A DNA stretch of 64,000 nucleotides from Octopus vulgaris (GCA_951406725.2 OX597818.1:55676001-55740000), one strand, 5' to 3'. Counted from the first letter of the stretch, positions 25,530 through 37,664 are shown. The notes: a model not told the origin generated them from the sequence alone. Numbers and translations: made by a program.

Positions 25530-25919
25530 AGCCCCCGTGCCGGTGGCACGTAAAAGCACCATCCGTTCGTGGCCATTGCCAGCCTTGCCTGGCCCCCGTG
25601 CCGGTGGCATGTAAAAAGCACCATCCGATCGTGGCCGTTGCCAGCCTCGCCTGGGCCCCGTGCCGGTGGCACGTAAAAAGCACCATCCGTCCGTGGCCGT
25701 TTGCCAGCTCCGTCTGGCACCTGTGCGGGTGGCACGTAAAAAGCACCCACTACACTCACGGAGTGGTTGGCGTTAGGAAGGGCATCCAGCTGTAGAAACA
25801 CTGCCAGATCAGACTGGAGCCTGGTGCAGCCTTCTGGCTTCACAGACCCCAGTTGAACCGTCCAACCCATGCTAGCATGGAAAGCGGACGCTAAATGATG
25901 ATGATGATGATGATGATGA
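25530..25919 (+). mobile_element. RTE-3' element (young, 4 units)
   Basis: Units start at about 25536, 25597, 25659 and 25722; (gat)8 tail. Confidence 0.92.
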
Positions 25920-27323
25920 GACTACCATGCACACATAAAAAACAAAAAATAGTTCAAATATCTTCTTAGTATATAACGGTGGCAAGTTTTAGATCATCTG
26001 AAAAGTCATGAGTTGAACTATTAGTCCTCTTGCATTCTGAGGGGTATCAGTGTTTAAGTGATATTAGGCCCCAACAAATGTCCATAAATTAAAGGCATCT
26101 ATCTGGGCCACAATCGTGGCCTGTCAACCAGTGCCTGACGACCATGATTGTGGCCCATCGCACTTTATGTTTTAAGATAGTAGGGTGTGGTTTGAAAGTT
26201 TGTTTACATTTCTAGCAATATGAGCAACCACATTCGAGGCATAAAAGACTTCAAACTAGCTCTAATTTCCTTCTTCAAAAACAAGAGGAAGGAAATGTGT
26301 GTAGTTTGTAAACTTTTCACTTGAGTAAATAAATCTATTCTCTTAAAATTTTCCTGGAATCCTTATATTGTACTCCCAGGTGAAGTTCATTACTTTTACT
26401 TCATAAGAAAGGAGTTAGTGTGGTAGGTTGAACCAAATAAATATCTAACTCAACAAACTTTATAAAAACGTCCTTGTTACTCATGCCAGTACAAAACAAA
26501 ATAACGGTTGGAAAACATAATGCTTACACCTTTTTAGCTCTTTTTGTTTGTTTATTTTTCTAGTTTTAGGTGCTTGTTTGTTTCCATAGTTATCAGGTAG
26601 TAGGAGGAGTACTCTACTTAAAGCCAACCTCTCTCCCTTACATCTACTTCTGCACTTAACCAGATCTTGATGCCTTGAAACTTTAGTCAAGTTTGTCAGT
26701 AATTAACTAAAGGAAACAGTCTCCTTGCATTGCCTGACAAAGGGTCAAGTATCGAAAGAGATTAACATTTCTTGAATACAGCAGCACTGTAAGATAGTTA
26801 ACTACTACAAACTTTAGACATTTTTTTTTTTTTTAATCGTACTTTGCCTTACTTTGACCACTCTGCAGCATTACTATCTTAAATTTATTTTGTAGCTAAT
26901 TGATTATTTGAAGTTGTTTATTTTTATGAAAAACTAAAAAATGAAGAAGAAAAAAAACCTTTTCATTCAAAGGCAATTCAAATGATGCAAAGTAACATTT
27001 AACTATTTCATGAGAATAAATCAATCATCTTAAATTACTGCTGGAGATAAAATAAAATTACCACTAATGACGTTGGCAACATTACTCTATTCTCACAGAA
27101 AATTATTCTTAAAGTTCATTCGTATGTATGTGTGTGCGTGTGTGTGTGTGTCTGTGTGTGTACTTTTATTATATAATGATATTGTGCATGTAATGATGGC
27201 TTTAGATATAGAGAAATTTTAAATATATTCATAGCAAAGAAGGAAGTCTTCAAGAACTTGAAAAGTCCATCATGTAGTTTGTGTAGAAAAATCTCTTGAA
27301 CCATAGACAAAAGAATCTTTTTA

Positions 27324-27458
27324 TACACACACACACACACACACATGCCAATGCACTCAAGCACACTCGCACTCACTCAAGCACACATTCACATTCTCAC
27401 ACACACTCAAGCACACATTCTCACACTCACACATACTCTCACACACGACACACACACT
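27324..27458. repeat. CA-rich degenerate tandem repeat
   Basis: (ca)n with recurring cactcaagcacac. Confidence 0.85.
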
Positions 27459-28115
27459 GCTATGTTATGTTAAATACCTTATGTTTCTATAACGAAGTAA
27501 CACATACCTACAAATCATTTATATTAAAATTATCTCCACTTTTAAAGCATCATAATTATCAAATGGCAATTATGGTCAAAAGGGGAGACAATCTCAAGAT
27601 TCCAGAAGTCTCCAAAACTGACATGCCGTTAAGGAATGGGACTGACTCGTTGTTTGGAGATAAGAGGACTGTCATAAACACATATATATGTTCTACTCTT
27701 TCAGGCCAACTGGTGTACAATATTGTACATTTTCTTACCGATTCTCTCGTCACAATGTCACATGTACAATAAAGATTATGCTTCACTGAAGAAGTGTAAG
27801 TCCTAGGGATGTCTAGATCTGATTCCTACCAAATGTTGTCTTTTCTTCATCACATCATTAAATGTTAACACTGTCCATTAATTTGCCTAAAAGTTTTCCT
27901 GGCAAATGCTGATCAGCAATATCTATGCTGCTTTATGTTTTGAGCAATTTTCACATGTTCATTTTATTTTCCATATTCCCTGATCAACAGTGTATTTTCA
28001 CCGCTGGGATTGCTACTTCTACCCAATTCATTTAAGTCATTTTTAAAAGAAGTCAGATTTAGTCTGAACTCTAATTAAAGGAAATATATGCTGACACACC
28101 TTCAGAATTTCAAGT

Positions 28116-28486
28116 GAGTGGCTGTGTGGTAAGTAGCTTGTTTACAAACTACATGTTCAGTCCCACTGTGTGGCACCTTGCGCAAGTGTCTTCTACTATA
28201 GCCTTGAGCCGACCAAAGCTTTGTGAGTGGATTTGGTAGAGGGAAACTGAAAGAAGCCCGTCGTATATATGTATATATATATATATGTGTGTGTGTTTGT
28301 CTCCCCAACATTGCTTGACAACCGATGCTGGTGTGTTTAGGTCCCCGTAACTTAGCGGTTTGACAAAAGGGACCAATAGAATAAATACTAGGCTTACAAA
28401 GAATAAGTCTTGTGATTGATTTGCTCGACTAAAGGCGGTGCTCCAGCATGACCACAGTCACATGACTGAAACAAAGTAAAAGAGTA
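28116..28486 (+). mobile_element. SINE-A
   Basis: Family match. Confidence 0.9.
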
Positions 28487-29220
28487 TATGCTAAAACTAG
28501 AACTTAACTGATCAGTAAAATTTTCTCTGATTCTATATTTGTTTGATAGCATTGGGGCCAATAAGTTTTTCAAACAGCCATCTTTCTGTTGTCTAGTGAT
28601 GTTGCTCCTCTTCAAATTAGTATTTGTAAATAAGAACATTAAATTCCTTTTAAAGGCGTAACATGTTACATGCCAGTGAAATTTTATCTACAAGACTTTC
28701 AAGCTCTTTTTCATTGTGTGTGATGATACCATCTTTATGCAAGAGGCTTCTTATCAGTGAGATACAAAAGTGTGTGATTTAGAATTATACTGTTTGAGGT
28801 TGAATAACTTAATGCAAATACTTACAGAGCATTCTTTGAAAGCAGTGGGAAAAATATCTGTTGTAAATTATATGCAGTATAAAGAAAATAAAGTAGATAG
28901 GAACAGTTATATCACCTTGTTTGACACCACGACTAATTGGAACGAGCATTCTTCAAGTCCTTTTACATGTAAACATACAGGTGATTCTCACTTTCTGAGC
29001 TTCCACTTTATAACTTTACATCTTTACGAAAATTTTCCATGGCAATAAAACGAAAAAAGCCTAATGGCTGTATGGTAAGAAGTTTGCTTCCTAACCACAT
29101 GGTTCTGGGTTTAGTGTGTGTCTGTGTGTCTTTGTGTTTGTATTTGCACCACACCCACCAGTGTTAGTGTCTCTATGTCCTTGTAGTTTAGCGTTTGTTA
29201 GGGTTATCTCTACAGATAAG

Positions 29221-29620
29221 GGCGCAGGAGTGGCTGTGTGGTAAGTAGCTTGCTAACCAACCACATGGTTCCGGGTTCAGTTCTACTGCGTGGCATCTTG
29301 GAGAAGTGTCTTCTGCTATAGCCCCGGGCCGATCAATGCCTTGTGAGTGGATTTGGTAGATGGAAACTGAAAGAAGCCTGTTGTATATATGTATATGTGT
29401 GTGTATGTGTTTGTGTGTCTGTAATTGTCCCCCTAGCATTGCTTGACGACCGATGCTGGTGTGTTTACGCCCCCGTCACTTAGCGGTTCGGCAAAAGAGA
29501 CCGATAGAATAAGTACAGGGCTTACAAAGAATAAGTCCTGGGGTCGATTTGCTCGACTAAAAGGCGGTGCTCCAGCATGGCCGCAGTCAAATGACTGACA
29601 CAAGTAAAAGAGTAAAGAGA
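29221..29620 (+). mobile_element. SINE-A (young)
   Basis: ggcgcaggagtggctg...gtaaaagagtaaagag. Confidence 0.92.
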
Positions 29621-29704
29621 TATGCTGTAGAAACTATTGCCAGCACTGATTTTTGTTACGACATTTCATATCCGAGATGTCAAATGTAAACAAACAATAA
29701 GATT

Positions 29705-30078
29705 CATCATCATCATCATCGTTTAACGTCCGCTTTCCATGCTAGCATGGGTTGGATGATTTGACTGAGGACTGGTGAACCAGATGGCTGCACCAGGCTC
29801 CAATCTGGTCTAGCAGAGTTTCTACAGCTGGATGCCCTTCCTAATGCCAACCACTCCGAGATTGTAGTGGGTGCTTTTATGTGCCACCGGCATGAGGGCC
29901 AGTCAGGCAGTACTGGCAATGTGTTTCTTAGGTGCCACTTGCATAGGAGCCAATCCAGCAGCACTGGCAATGACCTTGCTCGAATGTTTTTACATGTGTC
30001 ACTGGCACAAGTACCAGTAAGGCGACACTGGTAACGATCACGCTCGAATGGTGCTTTCTACATGCCACCGGCACAGAA
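29705..30078 (-). mobile_element. RTE-3' element
   Basis: (cat)n, terminal segment, then about 4 units. Confidence 0.9.
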
Positions 30079-30100
30079 CATTGAAGACGAAAAAAGGGCA

Positions 30101-30152
30101 ATGGGCATATATGTTATATTTCGGGAGTTTTCGCTCCTTCATCAGCACCCAT
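30101..30152 (-). ncRNA. Type I hammerhead ribozyme motif (Penelope/retrozyme-like)
   Basis: Minus strand AUGGGUG CUGAUGA A GGAG cgaaaa CUCC C GAA AUAU aac AUAU A UGCCCAU: intact core, three helices, AUA cleavage triplet. Confidence 0.7.
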
Positions 30153-30641
30153 CTAACCCCTTAATCATCCATGAATCCACTGCTTTAATTTAATAGCCAC
30201 TAAGCTTAGGGATGTAATAATATGAGATATACCAATTTTAAACATATTAAACACATTCCTGGAAGCTGGTATATAAATATTACTGACATTCTACAGAAGT
30301 TATAGCCAGCATTGATTTCTTCAAGGCAGTGCCCCAGCATGGCCACAGTCTAATGACAGTGGTCTTTTATCTTTTTACTTGTTTCAGTGTGCAAAAGCAA
30401 CGTCTAAGTGGATGAATATGTCTGTGAGCTGAGCCAAAGATAAATTCCGTTGACAAGAATGGACATTTCCCAGCCTCATTTGCTTGGTTCATCATATTTG
30501 TTAGCAAGGAAACATTAAGCCATGTTGGAATATTTTCCTTTACCCTTCAAAAATAACATATTCTGCTTCTCAGACTATTTACTCATCCTAGGTATGTTTG
30601 TTGATATTCTATTTCAATCACCATAACCTACAATTATTTTC

Positions 30642-31033
30642 AGGTGGTGTGCTAGTAGGGTGCTAAGAGCACCATCTGAGCGTGATCATTGACAGAGTGG
30701 CTAACTGGCTTCCGTGCCAGTGGCACATAAAAGGCACCATTCAAGCACGATTGTTACCAGCATCACCTTACTGGCACCTGTGCCGGTGGCATGTGTAAAA
30801 AGATTGGAGCGAGGTTGTTGCCAGTACCACCTGACTGGCTCCTGTGCCGGTGGCATGTAAAAGCACCCACTACACTCTCGGAGTGGTTGGCATTAGGAAG
30901 GGCATCCAGCTGTAGAAACTCTGCCAGATCAAGATTGAAGCCTGGTGCAGCCATCTGGTTCGCCAGCCCTCAGTCAAATCGTCCAACCCATGCTAGCATG
31001 GAAAGCAGATGTTAAACGATGATGATGATGATG
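30642..31033 (+). mobile_element. RTE-3' element
   Basis: Tandem units, terminal segment and (gat)n. Confidence 0.9.
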
Positions 31034-32160
31034 TGCATGAGCTGTACTTGTGATGGAACCTGGAACCTTTATTTTAGTAACTGGATCCAATTTATTCCAC
31101 TATGGAAAGTGGGCAGGAAATGATTTTGATGATGACTGATAATGTTTGATGTCTATAATCATTTTATGAACACATGTCTTGTCCAAAGATGCAGCATAAT
31201 CTCCCTGGCAGGTTTTGAAAGGCATGGAATTGGCAAAAGCATTAGTGCATCATGGGAACTTCCTTACAGTATTTATTAAAACTTGTATTCTGAGTTCAGT
31301 TCCTGAAGTTAAAGTAGAAAACACCTGTTCATGGTGCCATGTAGTGGGACTGACCCCCAAACCACATATTTTGGCAACAAACTTCTTCACCACACAACCA
31401 CTCCTGCACCTACAGTATGTGCCATTTTGGGAAAAAAATATACCAGAATGTAATCACACAAGCTAGTGATTGTACATTGAATATATATATATATGCCAAA
31501 AGTTACTAATAACAATTGTAAAATGATTTTTAATTGGTTAATGTAAGCAATTTCCATGGTAACTAAATATATAATCCAATAAGATAGTTTTATAAAGGAA
31601 GGTTACAATTATGAGATATGTTTTGATTGACTGTCAGCAAGCATTTTAGTTGTTACAAGATATCTTGTGATTGGTGGATAAGGGGTTAATAGCAGGAGTA
31701 ACACATATACACTGACTTAATTTTAGTTTTTCTTTCATTGTCCTTTTAAATATTAACATTGCATAAAGGATGAACTAATGTAAACATATCTGGGTCAGTA
31801 TATTTTAAACTTATTGTAATGCCATTCACATTACAATATGTTCAGATATAGTTACTATTATAACCACTAAGATATTGTGAGTTATTGACCGATTTATTAA
31901 GCAGTTCACCAATTCATAGTATTCACGAAATAACTAAACAGAATGCTCTTATGTCATTGGTATGTAATATATGTCGGTTAGTATCTAGCAAACTGTCTGT
32001 GACCCAGGTTTTCTTATTATACTGGTACCCTTTGGTAAAATGTACATCTCAGTTCATATTTTCTGTTTGAAGTAACTAGTTGTTAAATGTCTGGCTACTC
32101 TGCTGGGTGGGAGGGTGGGGGGTTGAGATAAATTATGTGTTAACTTAAGATTGCTAAACC

Positions 32161-32554
32161 TATCTTTCACTTGTTTTGGTCATTAGACTGCAGCCATGCT
32201 GGGGCACCACCTTGAGGAATTTCTAGTGGAATGAGTCAACCCTTGTACCTTTTTGTATTTAGGCCTGGTTCCTATTCTGTCAGTCTCTCTTGCAGAACTG
32301 CTTGCTTATGGGGATGTAAACACACTAACACCATTTGTGAAGTAGTAGTGGGGAACAAATAAACAAACAAACAAACACACACACATACACACATGATGGG
32401 TTTCTTCCAGTTTCCGTCTACCAAATCCACTGACAGGGCTTTCGTCAGTCTGAAGCCATAGTAGACACTTGCCCAAGATGCCACACAGTAGGAATGAGCC
32501 CGGAACCATGTGGTTGGGAAGCAAGCTTCTCACCACACAGACCCATCTGCACCT
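32161..32554 (-). mobile_element. Older SINE-A
   Basis: Family match. Confidence 0.85.
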
Positions 32555-32611
32555 ATATATTATATGTAATTATATACAATAGCATACTGAGCAAAAACCT
32601 GTGGAATTGTG

Positions 32612-32990
32612 AAGCTGTGTGGTAAGTAGCTTGCTTACCAACCACATGGTTCCGGGTTCATTCCCAATGTGTTGCACCTTGGGTAAGTATCTTCTACTAT
32701 AGCCTCGGGCCAACCAAAGCCTTGTGAGTTGATTTGGTAGATAGAAACTGAAAGAAGCCAGTCGTATATATGTGTGTATATATATGTTTGTGTGTCTGTG
32801 TTTGCCCCCCCCCAACATCGCTTGACAACCGATGGTCGTGTGTTTACGTCTCCGTAACTTAGCGGTTGGCAAAAGAGAGTAATAGAATAAGTACAAGGCT
32901 TATAAAGAATAAGTTCTGAGGTCGATTTGCTCGACTAAGGGTGGTGCTCCAGCATGGCTGCAGTCAAATGACTGAAGCAAGTAAAAGAGT
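32612..32990 (+). mobile_element. SINE-A
   Basis: Family match. Confidence 0.9.
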
Positions 32991-33330
32991 GCCATAAGGT
33001 GCTGTCATATATCCCACTTTCTTCAACTTCACATGCATGAGCCAAAGCATGGAACTTCTATATGGTCACTGGACCTATTAGAAATAGCAGCCAGTCATAC
33101 CCTATCATCTTTAAAAAGAAAGCAAGACACATTGAATAAAGTATTCCTAAATATATATATTTAAAGACAGGATGGACAAAGATAGTACCCCATATATCAC
33201 AGGCTAACATTGACCTGTACAGCAACCTGTGCATGTACGGCATTTTCCCTTTATTATGTGTGGCATTAAAAATAATGCTTCTACTGCTCCTTACATATAG
33301 CTTGATCTGATATGATAAAGAATCTTGGTT

Positions 33331-33602
33331 ATTCAAGAACAACCTTTGACCATAAGCAAATCTGATGGATAAGCAAACACATAGGTGCAGGCCTGGCTGT
33401 GCTGTTAAGAAGCTTATTTCCCAGCCAGGGGGTCTTGGATTCAGTTGCACTCCATGTCACCTTGGGCAAGTGTCTTCTACTGCATTGCCCCATGTCAACC
33501 AAAGCTTTGTAAATGGATTTGTTTGATAGAAACCGAGAGAGATTCATAATGTATGACCAGTGATATGTAACACCATCTGATAGTCTGGTTGGTCACATGA
33601 TG

Positions 33603-33625
<23 letters not shown>
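33331..33625 (+). repeat. Local duplication copy 1 (contains an old SINE head)
   Basis: Near-identical to 34988-35290. Confidence 0.9.
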
Positions 33626-33643
<18 letters not shown>

Positions 33644-33829
33644 TGTGTGTGTGTGTAATATATAGACAATTTTTTTCATTCTCTCTCTGTTTATTTTCTC
33701 TTATTCCTTTCTGTTGAAGAGCGTAGGCTCAAAACATAAAATACTTCTTCATTTCCTGAGCATCAAACTAATACACTTGCTTGTTGTTCATACACCTGTC
33801 TTCATCTTTTGTTTTTCTATAAATTTCAG

Positions 33830-33861
<32 letters not shown>

Positions 33862-33865
<4 letters not shown>

Positions 33866-34181
33866 AAATTGTAGTTGTGATACCAGTGCCGGTGGCACAT
33901 AAGAGAACCATCCGAACGTGGCCGTTGACAGCGCCATGCCAGTGGCACGTAAAAAGCACCATCCAATTGTGGCCATTTGCCAGCCTCGTCTGGCACCTGT
34001 GCTGGTGGCGCCTAAAAAGCACCCACTACACTCACGGAGTGGTTGGCGTTAGGAAAGGCATCCAGCTGTAGAAACACTGCCAGATCAGACTGGGCCTGGC
34101 GCAGCCTTCTGGCTTCCCAGACCCCAGTTGAACCATCCAACCCATGCTAGCATGGAAAGTGGACGTTAAACGATGATGATG
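33862..34181 (+). mobile_element. RTE-3' element
   Basis: 3 units and (gat)n; a SINE-G tail follows at 34200-34432. Confidence 0.9.
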
Positions 34182-34987
34182 AACGAACAACATACACATA
34201 CCCTTGTCTTGACATCATGTCATGGTTTTAAATGAGCGCCATCATCATACAAGCAAGGTTGTTTGTTTCCAGTCTTTTGTGAAAAACATGTCTAGCTATG
34301 GGTAATATTACTGCGCTTGGAAATCGGTAAGGGTTGGTGACAGGAAGGGCATCTGTCCTTGGAAGATCTGCCTTAAATTGTTTGATCCCTATAAGCATGA
34401 AAAAGCAGATGTTTAATGATTAAGATGATGATTGAAGTTTTATAAAAAAAAAACAAAAAAAACAGCTATGTTTTTATGTTATTGGTAACAAACTCAAATC
34501 TTGTAGCCATTGTGTAGGGTCTTGGAGGGAAAAAAAGGACAAATATGCCCAGTTGACAACAGGTTCTTTTTGTACCTCTTGCTTAAGTGGTTAGCAGCAG
34601 GATGGGTATTCAACTGAAAATATTATTGTTCTTAACAAAAGCCATTCCACTTGTGTTAACATGGGAACATGGATGTAAGACAGCAAAAGTAAATATTAAA
34701 CCTTTTAGGTTTAATAAAAATTTATATACAAGTAGTATATTGTTGTTGAACAACTTTGTACCTTAAAAGCAATATAACTTGTTTATTTAAACTGACATGT
34801 TTTTCAATAACAATCATGTACAAAATAGAAAGGTATTCATATGCTGTATACGACTGTGAAAATGTAATTTTTTAAATGTATCTATTAAAAAGGTATTTAT
34901 TGAATATGTTATGAAAGTTGTTTTCTCAATTTCTGTTGTTATTCTAAACACTGGAGATGTTATGCCTAATAAAAATGTAATTCTGTC

Positions 34988-35290
34988 ATTCAAGAACAAC
35001 CTTTGACCATAAGCAAATCTGATGGATAAGCAAACACATAGGTGCAGGCCTGGCTGTGCTGTTAAGAAGCTTATTTCCCCGCCAGGAGGTCTTGGATTCA
35101 GTTGCACTCCATGTCACCTTGGGCAAGTGTCTTCTACTATATTGCCCCATGTCAACCAAAGCTTTGTAAATGGATTTGTTTGACAGAAACTAAGAGGGGT
35201 TCATAATGTATGACCAGTGATATGTAACAACATCTGATAGTCTGGTTGGTCACATGATGTATATGTATATATATGTATATATATATATAT
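34988..35290 (+). repeat. Local duplication copy 2
   Basis: Near-identical to 33331-33625. Confidence 0.9.
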
Positions 35291-35480
35291 GTCTTAATGT
35301 TTGCTTGCTAACAAATATGATGAACTAAGCAAATGAGGCTGGGAAATGTCAGTTTAAAATTAGTTACGTACTTAATTTCAACCATATTTTCATAGCTGAT
35401 TCAACTGACATCTAGTGGTAGAAAGTATTTCTCTTTAGTAACCTGAACCAGACTGAACTATCAGCTATTGCTATTTTTTT

Positions 35481-35902
35481 CTCTCTCTTTTATCTCTTTT
35501 ACTTGTTTCAGTCATTTGACTGCGGCCATGCTGGAGCACTGCCATTAGTCGAGCAAATCGACCCCAGGACTTATTCTTTGTAAGCCTAGTACATATTCTA
35601 TCGGTTTCTTTTTGCCAAACCGCTAAGTTACAGGGATGTAGACACACCACCATCGGTTGTCAAGTGATGTTGGGGGGACAAACACAGACACACAAACATA
35701 CACACACACACACACACACATATGTATGTATATATATGTATATATATACACACGACAGGCTTCTTTCAGTTTGTCTACTCACAAGGCTTTGGTCAGCCCA
35801 AGGCTATAGTAGAAGATACTTGCCTAAGGTGCCACACAGTAGGACTGAACCCAGAACCATGTGATTGGTAAGCAAGCTACTTACTACAGCCACTCCTGCA
35901 CC
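35481..35902 (-). mobile_element. SINE-A
   Basis: Family match. Confidence 0.9.
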
Positions 35903-35959
35903 TTTTTTATAATTCTTCTTTAACAACCAAGTTTATAGCACATATTTTTTTCATGTGAG

Positions 35960-36275
35960 CAGTGGGCCTCACAGAGGCAATGACAAATGACTGAGAATTT
36001 TGGCAATATGCTGTGCTTGAGAAGAAAACCCATCAAGCCAAATAAAACTGTAGTCATGGTAGATACTGGTGTCACGCAACTGGCACCCATGATGGTGGCA
36101 TGTAAAAGCACCCATTGCACTCTCAGAGTGGTTGACATTAGGAATGGCATCCAGCCATAGAAACCATGCCAAATCAGTTCAGAGTCTAATGAAGCCCCTC
36201 AGCTTACCAGCCCTGGTCAAACCGTCCAACCCATGTCAGCATGGACAATAGATGCTAAATGATGATGATGATGAT
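35960..36275 (+). mobile_element. RTE ORF end contiguous with the RTE-3' UTR
   Basis: VGLTEAMTND..FWQYAVLEK runs directly into ggtggcatgtaaaagcaccc...(gat)n, which links this family to RTE. Confidence 0.88.
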
Positions 36276-36378
36276 AAATGTGTTCAGAAAAATTAACGAT
36301 GTAGTTTGTTTACTCAGATTCACAAGAATGACTTCTTTTAATTAGAGGGGGCAAAATTTATAATTTTGCTACATTTAA

Positions 36379-36602
36379 CCCTTTTGATACCAACCCGGCT
36401 GAAACCATCTCTGGCTCTGTAGTAGAAATGTCTTGTTTTCAAAAGTTCTGAATTAAAATCTTCCACCAAACCTTAATCACAATTTATGTTCCTAACACTA
36501 GCTTAATGATAACTAAGTTATTTTTACTAAATTCTTTTGTTATATTTAAAATCAATTGAAAGAAACACAGAACAACTCAATAGAAATACAGTAAAGAAAG
36601 GG
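36379..36602. mobile_element. piggyBac-type MITE (family 1)
   Basis: ttaa|cccttttgatacc...aaaggg|ttaa. Confidence 0.9.
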
Positions 36603-36633
36603 TTAAAATATATAATAGAGAAACAATTCTTAA

Positions 36634-36857
36634 CTCTTTCGATACCAACCTGGCTGAAACCACCTCTGACTCTGTAGTAGAAATGCCTTGTTTTCAAAAG
36701 TTCTGAATTAAAATCTTCCACCAAACCTTAATCACAATTTATGTTCCTAACACTAGCTTAATGATAACTAAGTTATTTTTACTAAATTCTTTTGTTATAT
36801 TTAAAATCAATTGAAAGAAACACAGAGCATCTCAGAATAGATATGGTAACAAAAGGG
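36634..36857. mobile_element. piggyBac-type MITE (family 1)
   Basis: ttaa|ctctttcgatacc...aaaaggg|ttaa; near-identical to its neighbour. Confidence 0.9.
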
Positions 36858-37494
36858 TTAATGTTTAGTAATGGAAAGTATTGTATTCTAGCCTTCTACT
36901 TCTCTTTATCTATCTGTCTATATATGTGTGATTGTGTGTGTATGGTGGACACTACTCTGACACATCAAATACTAAGTTGTCATCATTGATCTAAAGTATC
37001 AGGTGATACTACTATATTAGTTCTCATTGCAGCTGCTCTTCTTTCTGGTGGCCAAAAAGAGATGATAATGTATTTTTCCTTTCTTTATTTTTTCTTTGTT
37101 TTTTTGGTATGTCTTTTATTTGAAATTCTTAATAAAGCTGCTAAGAGCTTCTCATATCGATGGTGCCGCCGCTGAGATTGGACAAAATTGGCATTTGTTG
37201 ATCTTTTGATAGTAACACTTGATAGGAATAAATAAAACTTGTGATGACCATATTCTTTTCATACTGAAAAGCAAGCAGTTTAAAGAATTTGAGAAAAATG
37301 TCTATTCATGACATTAGTAGTATTTAATGATGGCAGATTTTCTTCTGCTTCAAATACAGCTGTTGAGAAAATATTCTTTTATTGTAACTAAATCTTCTCC
37401 ATCCAGAGATAAATGAAAAGAAATAAAATAGGCAAAAAAAAAAAGAAAATAGAAATTCAGTGTGTATTTATTTGTATTTAACTTGAATGTAAAT

Positions 37495-37529
37495 GTGTGT
37501 GACCATATATATATATATACATATATATA

Positions 37530-37628
<99 letters not shown>

Positions 37629-37631
37629 CAC

Positions 37632-37664
<33 letters not shown>

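Noticed and set aside
25530-25750. About 25 bp conserved motif recurring every 60 bp, superficially CRISPR-like
   Set aside because: The spacers are homologous to each other, the array is part of a dispersed LINE 3'UTR, and there are no cas genes in this eukaryotic context.
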